From the NCBI GenBank assembly GCA_963823035.1, contig CAWGKG010000020.1:32001-96000 (forward strand): DNA of 64,000 nucleotides, read 5' to 3'. Each line of letters begins with the position of its first letter. Within the stretch, counting starts at the first letter, position 1. This document shows, one piece after another, positions 62,913-64,000 of this stretch. The notes beneath the pieces were generated by a model. The model was given only the letters and a program-made list of their open reading frames with translations, was not told the DNA's origin and searched no databases. The translations under genes and the position numbers were made by a program. This DNA comes from an uncultured Gemmatimonadales bacterium. GTDB taxonomy: Bacteria > Gemmatimonadota > Gemmatimonadetes > Longimicrobiales > Gaopeijiaceae.

Positions 62913-64000
62913 ATGCCTCTTGAAGTCGTTACCGGTAACCACGCCGCCGGACACGCGCTGTCCGTGGCGGGCGAGGCCAACCGCGGCGCGCGGGGCGCGG
63001 CCTGCGGCATCTATCCGATCACGCCGCAGACGGAGATCGTCGAGCGGGTCGCGGCCTTCCCCTTCACGAAGGGGGCCGTGGTGCCCGTCGAGAGCGAGCA
63101 CTCCGCCATGGGCGTCACGATCGGCGCGTCGCTTTCGGGCGCTCGAGCCTTCACGGCCAGCTCCTCGAACGGTCTGGCGTACATGGTCGAGAACATCATG
63201 GTCGCGGGCTTCTACCGCCTGCCCATCGTCATGGTCGCCGTGAACCGCACGCTCGGGCCGCCGTGGAACATCTGGGCGGACCAGGGCGACACGCTGATGC
63301 TCCGCGACTTCCCATGGGTGCAGCTCTACGCCTCGGACAACCAGGAGGTGCACGACCTCACGCTGTTGGCGTTCCGCCTCGCGGAGGACCACCGCATCCT
63401 CCTCCCGGTGCTCGTGTGCATGGACGCCTTCATCGTCTCGCACACGCAGGGCGAGACCGACATGGCCACGCAGGAGCAGGTGGACCGCTATCTCCCGGAG
63501 CTGGCGCTCCCCCACCGGCTCGACGCCGCTCGCCCGCGCACCATGGGGGGGATGGTCTGGCCGGACCAGACCACGTCGCACCGGATCGAGATCCAGGAGG
63601 CGATGGAGCGCGTACCCGAGGTCTACGAGGAGTGCCGCGCCGAGTTCAGCGGAGGTGTTCGGCCGCGACCCGGGCGGCGCGATCGCGACGTTCGACACGG
63701 AGGACGCCGACACGATCCTCGTGGCTTCCGCCTCGGTGGCCACCACGGCCCGCGAGGTGGTGCGGCGCCGCCGTTCCGAAGGCGAGGCGCTCGGGCTCGT
63801 GAAGATGCGGATGTTCCGGCCGTTCCCGGAGGCCGCCCTGCGCGACGCCTGTACCGCGGCGGAGCGCGTGGGCGTGCTGGACCGCGACTATGCCGCGGGG
63901 ATGGGCGGTGTCTGGTGGCAGGACGTGCGCGCAGCGTTCCAGGCCCACCGCGACGACCTGATGGTGCAGGACTACCTGGTGGGCATAGGCGGCGGTGACG
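62913..64000 (+). CDS. porA: 2-oxoacid:ferredoxin oxidoreductase alpha subunit (partial, frameshift near 63650)
   Basis: Motifs YPITPQTEI, ESEHSA, TASSSNGL, WNIWADQGD and FRPFP. Confidence 0.9.

Overview
High-GC bacterial chromosomal window. Gene content suggests Gemmatimonadota, which is inference only. Many genes carry single-base indels that look like long-read errors. About 1-25.7 kb is a PEP-CTERM/exosortase/exopolysaccharide locus. It holds two GH140/DUF4038-like lipoproteins (one with 8 PKD repeats), a sugar-tailoring cassette, exosortase plus EpsI, a priming sugar transferase, Wzc and Wza-like export genes, a soluble histidine kinase with a sigma-54 activator, a PEP-CTERM protein with thioester-domain-like motifs, sat-cysC, an SLC13 permease and a CAAX protease. 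Four of its intergenic regions share an 18-bp motif, three in a UAS-IHF-sigma54-like layout. About 25.7-30 kb holds two paralogous unknown proteins, pilT and an MshEN/REC/HD-GYP-like/DUF4388 protein. About 30-54 kb holds an EgtD-like methyltransferase, a Ser/Thr kinase, an acylase, an HprK-like kinase/nucleotidyltransferase/PqqD trio with no visible precursor, a serine hydrolase, a PBP, peptidases, thiol-redox genes and lat with a structured leader and uORF. About 54-64 kb holds a membrane-anchored DtxR-FeoA fusion with feoB, a BlaI/BlaR1-like pair, and a 2-oxoacid oxidoreductase whose gamma subunit is fused to a DsrL/GltD-like flavoprotein. I recognised no rRNA, tRNA, CRISPR array or mobile element.
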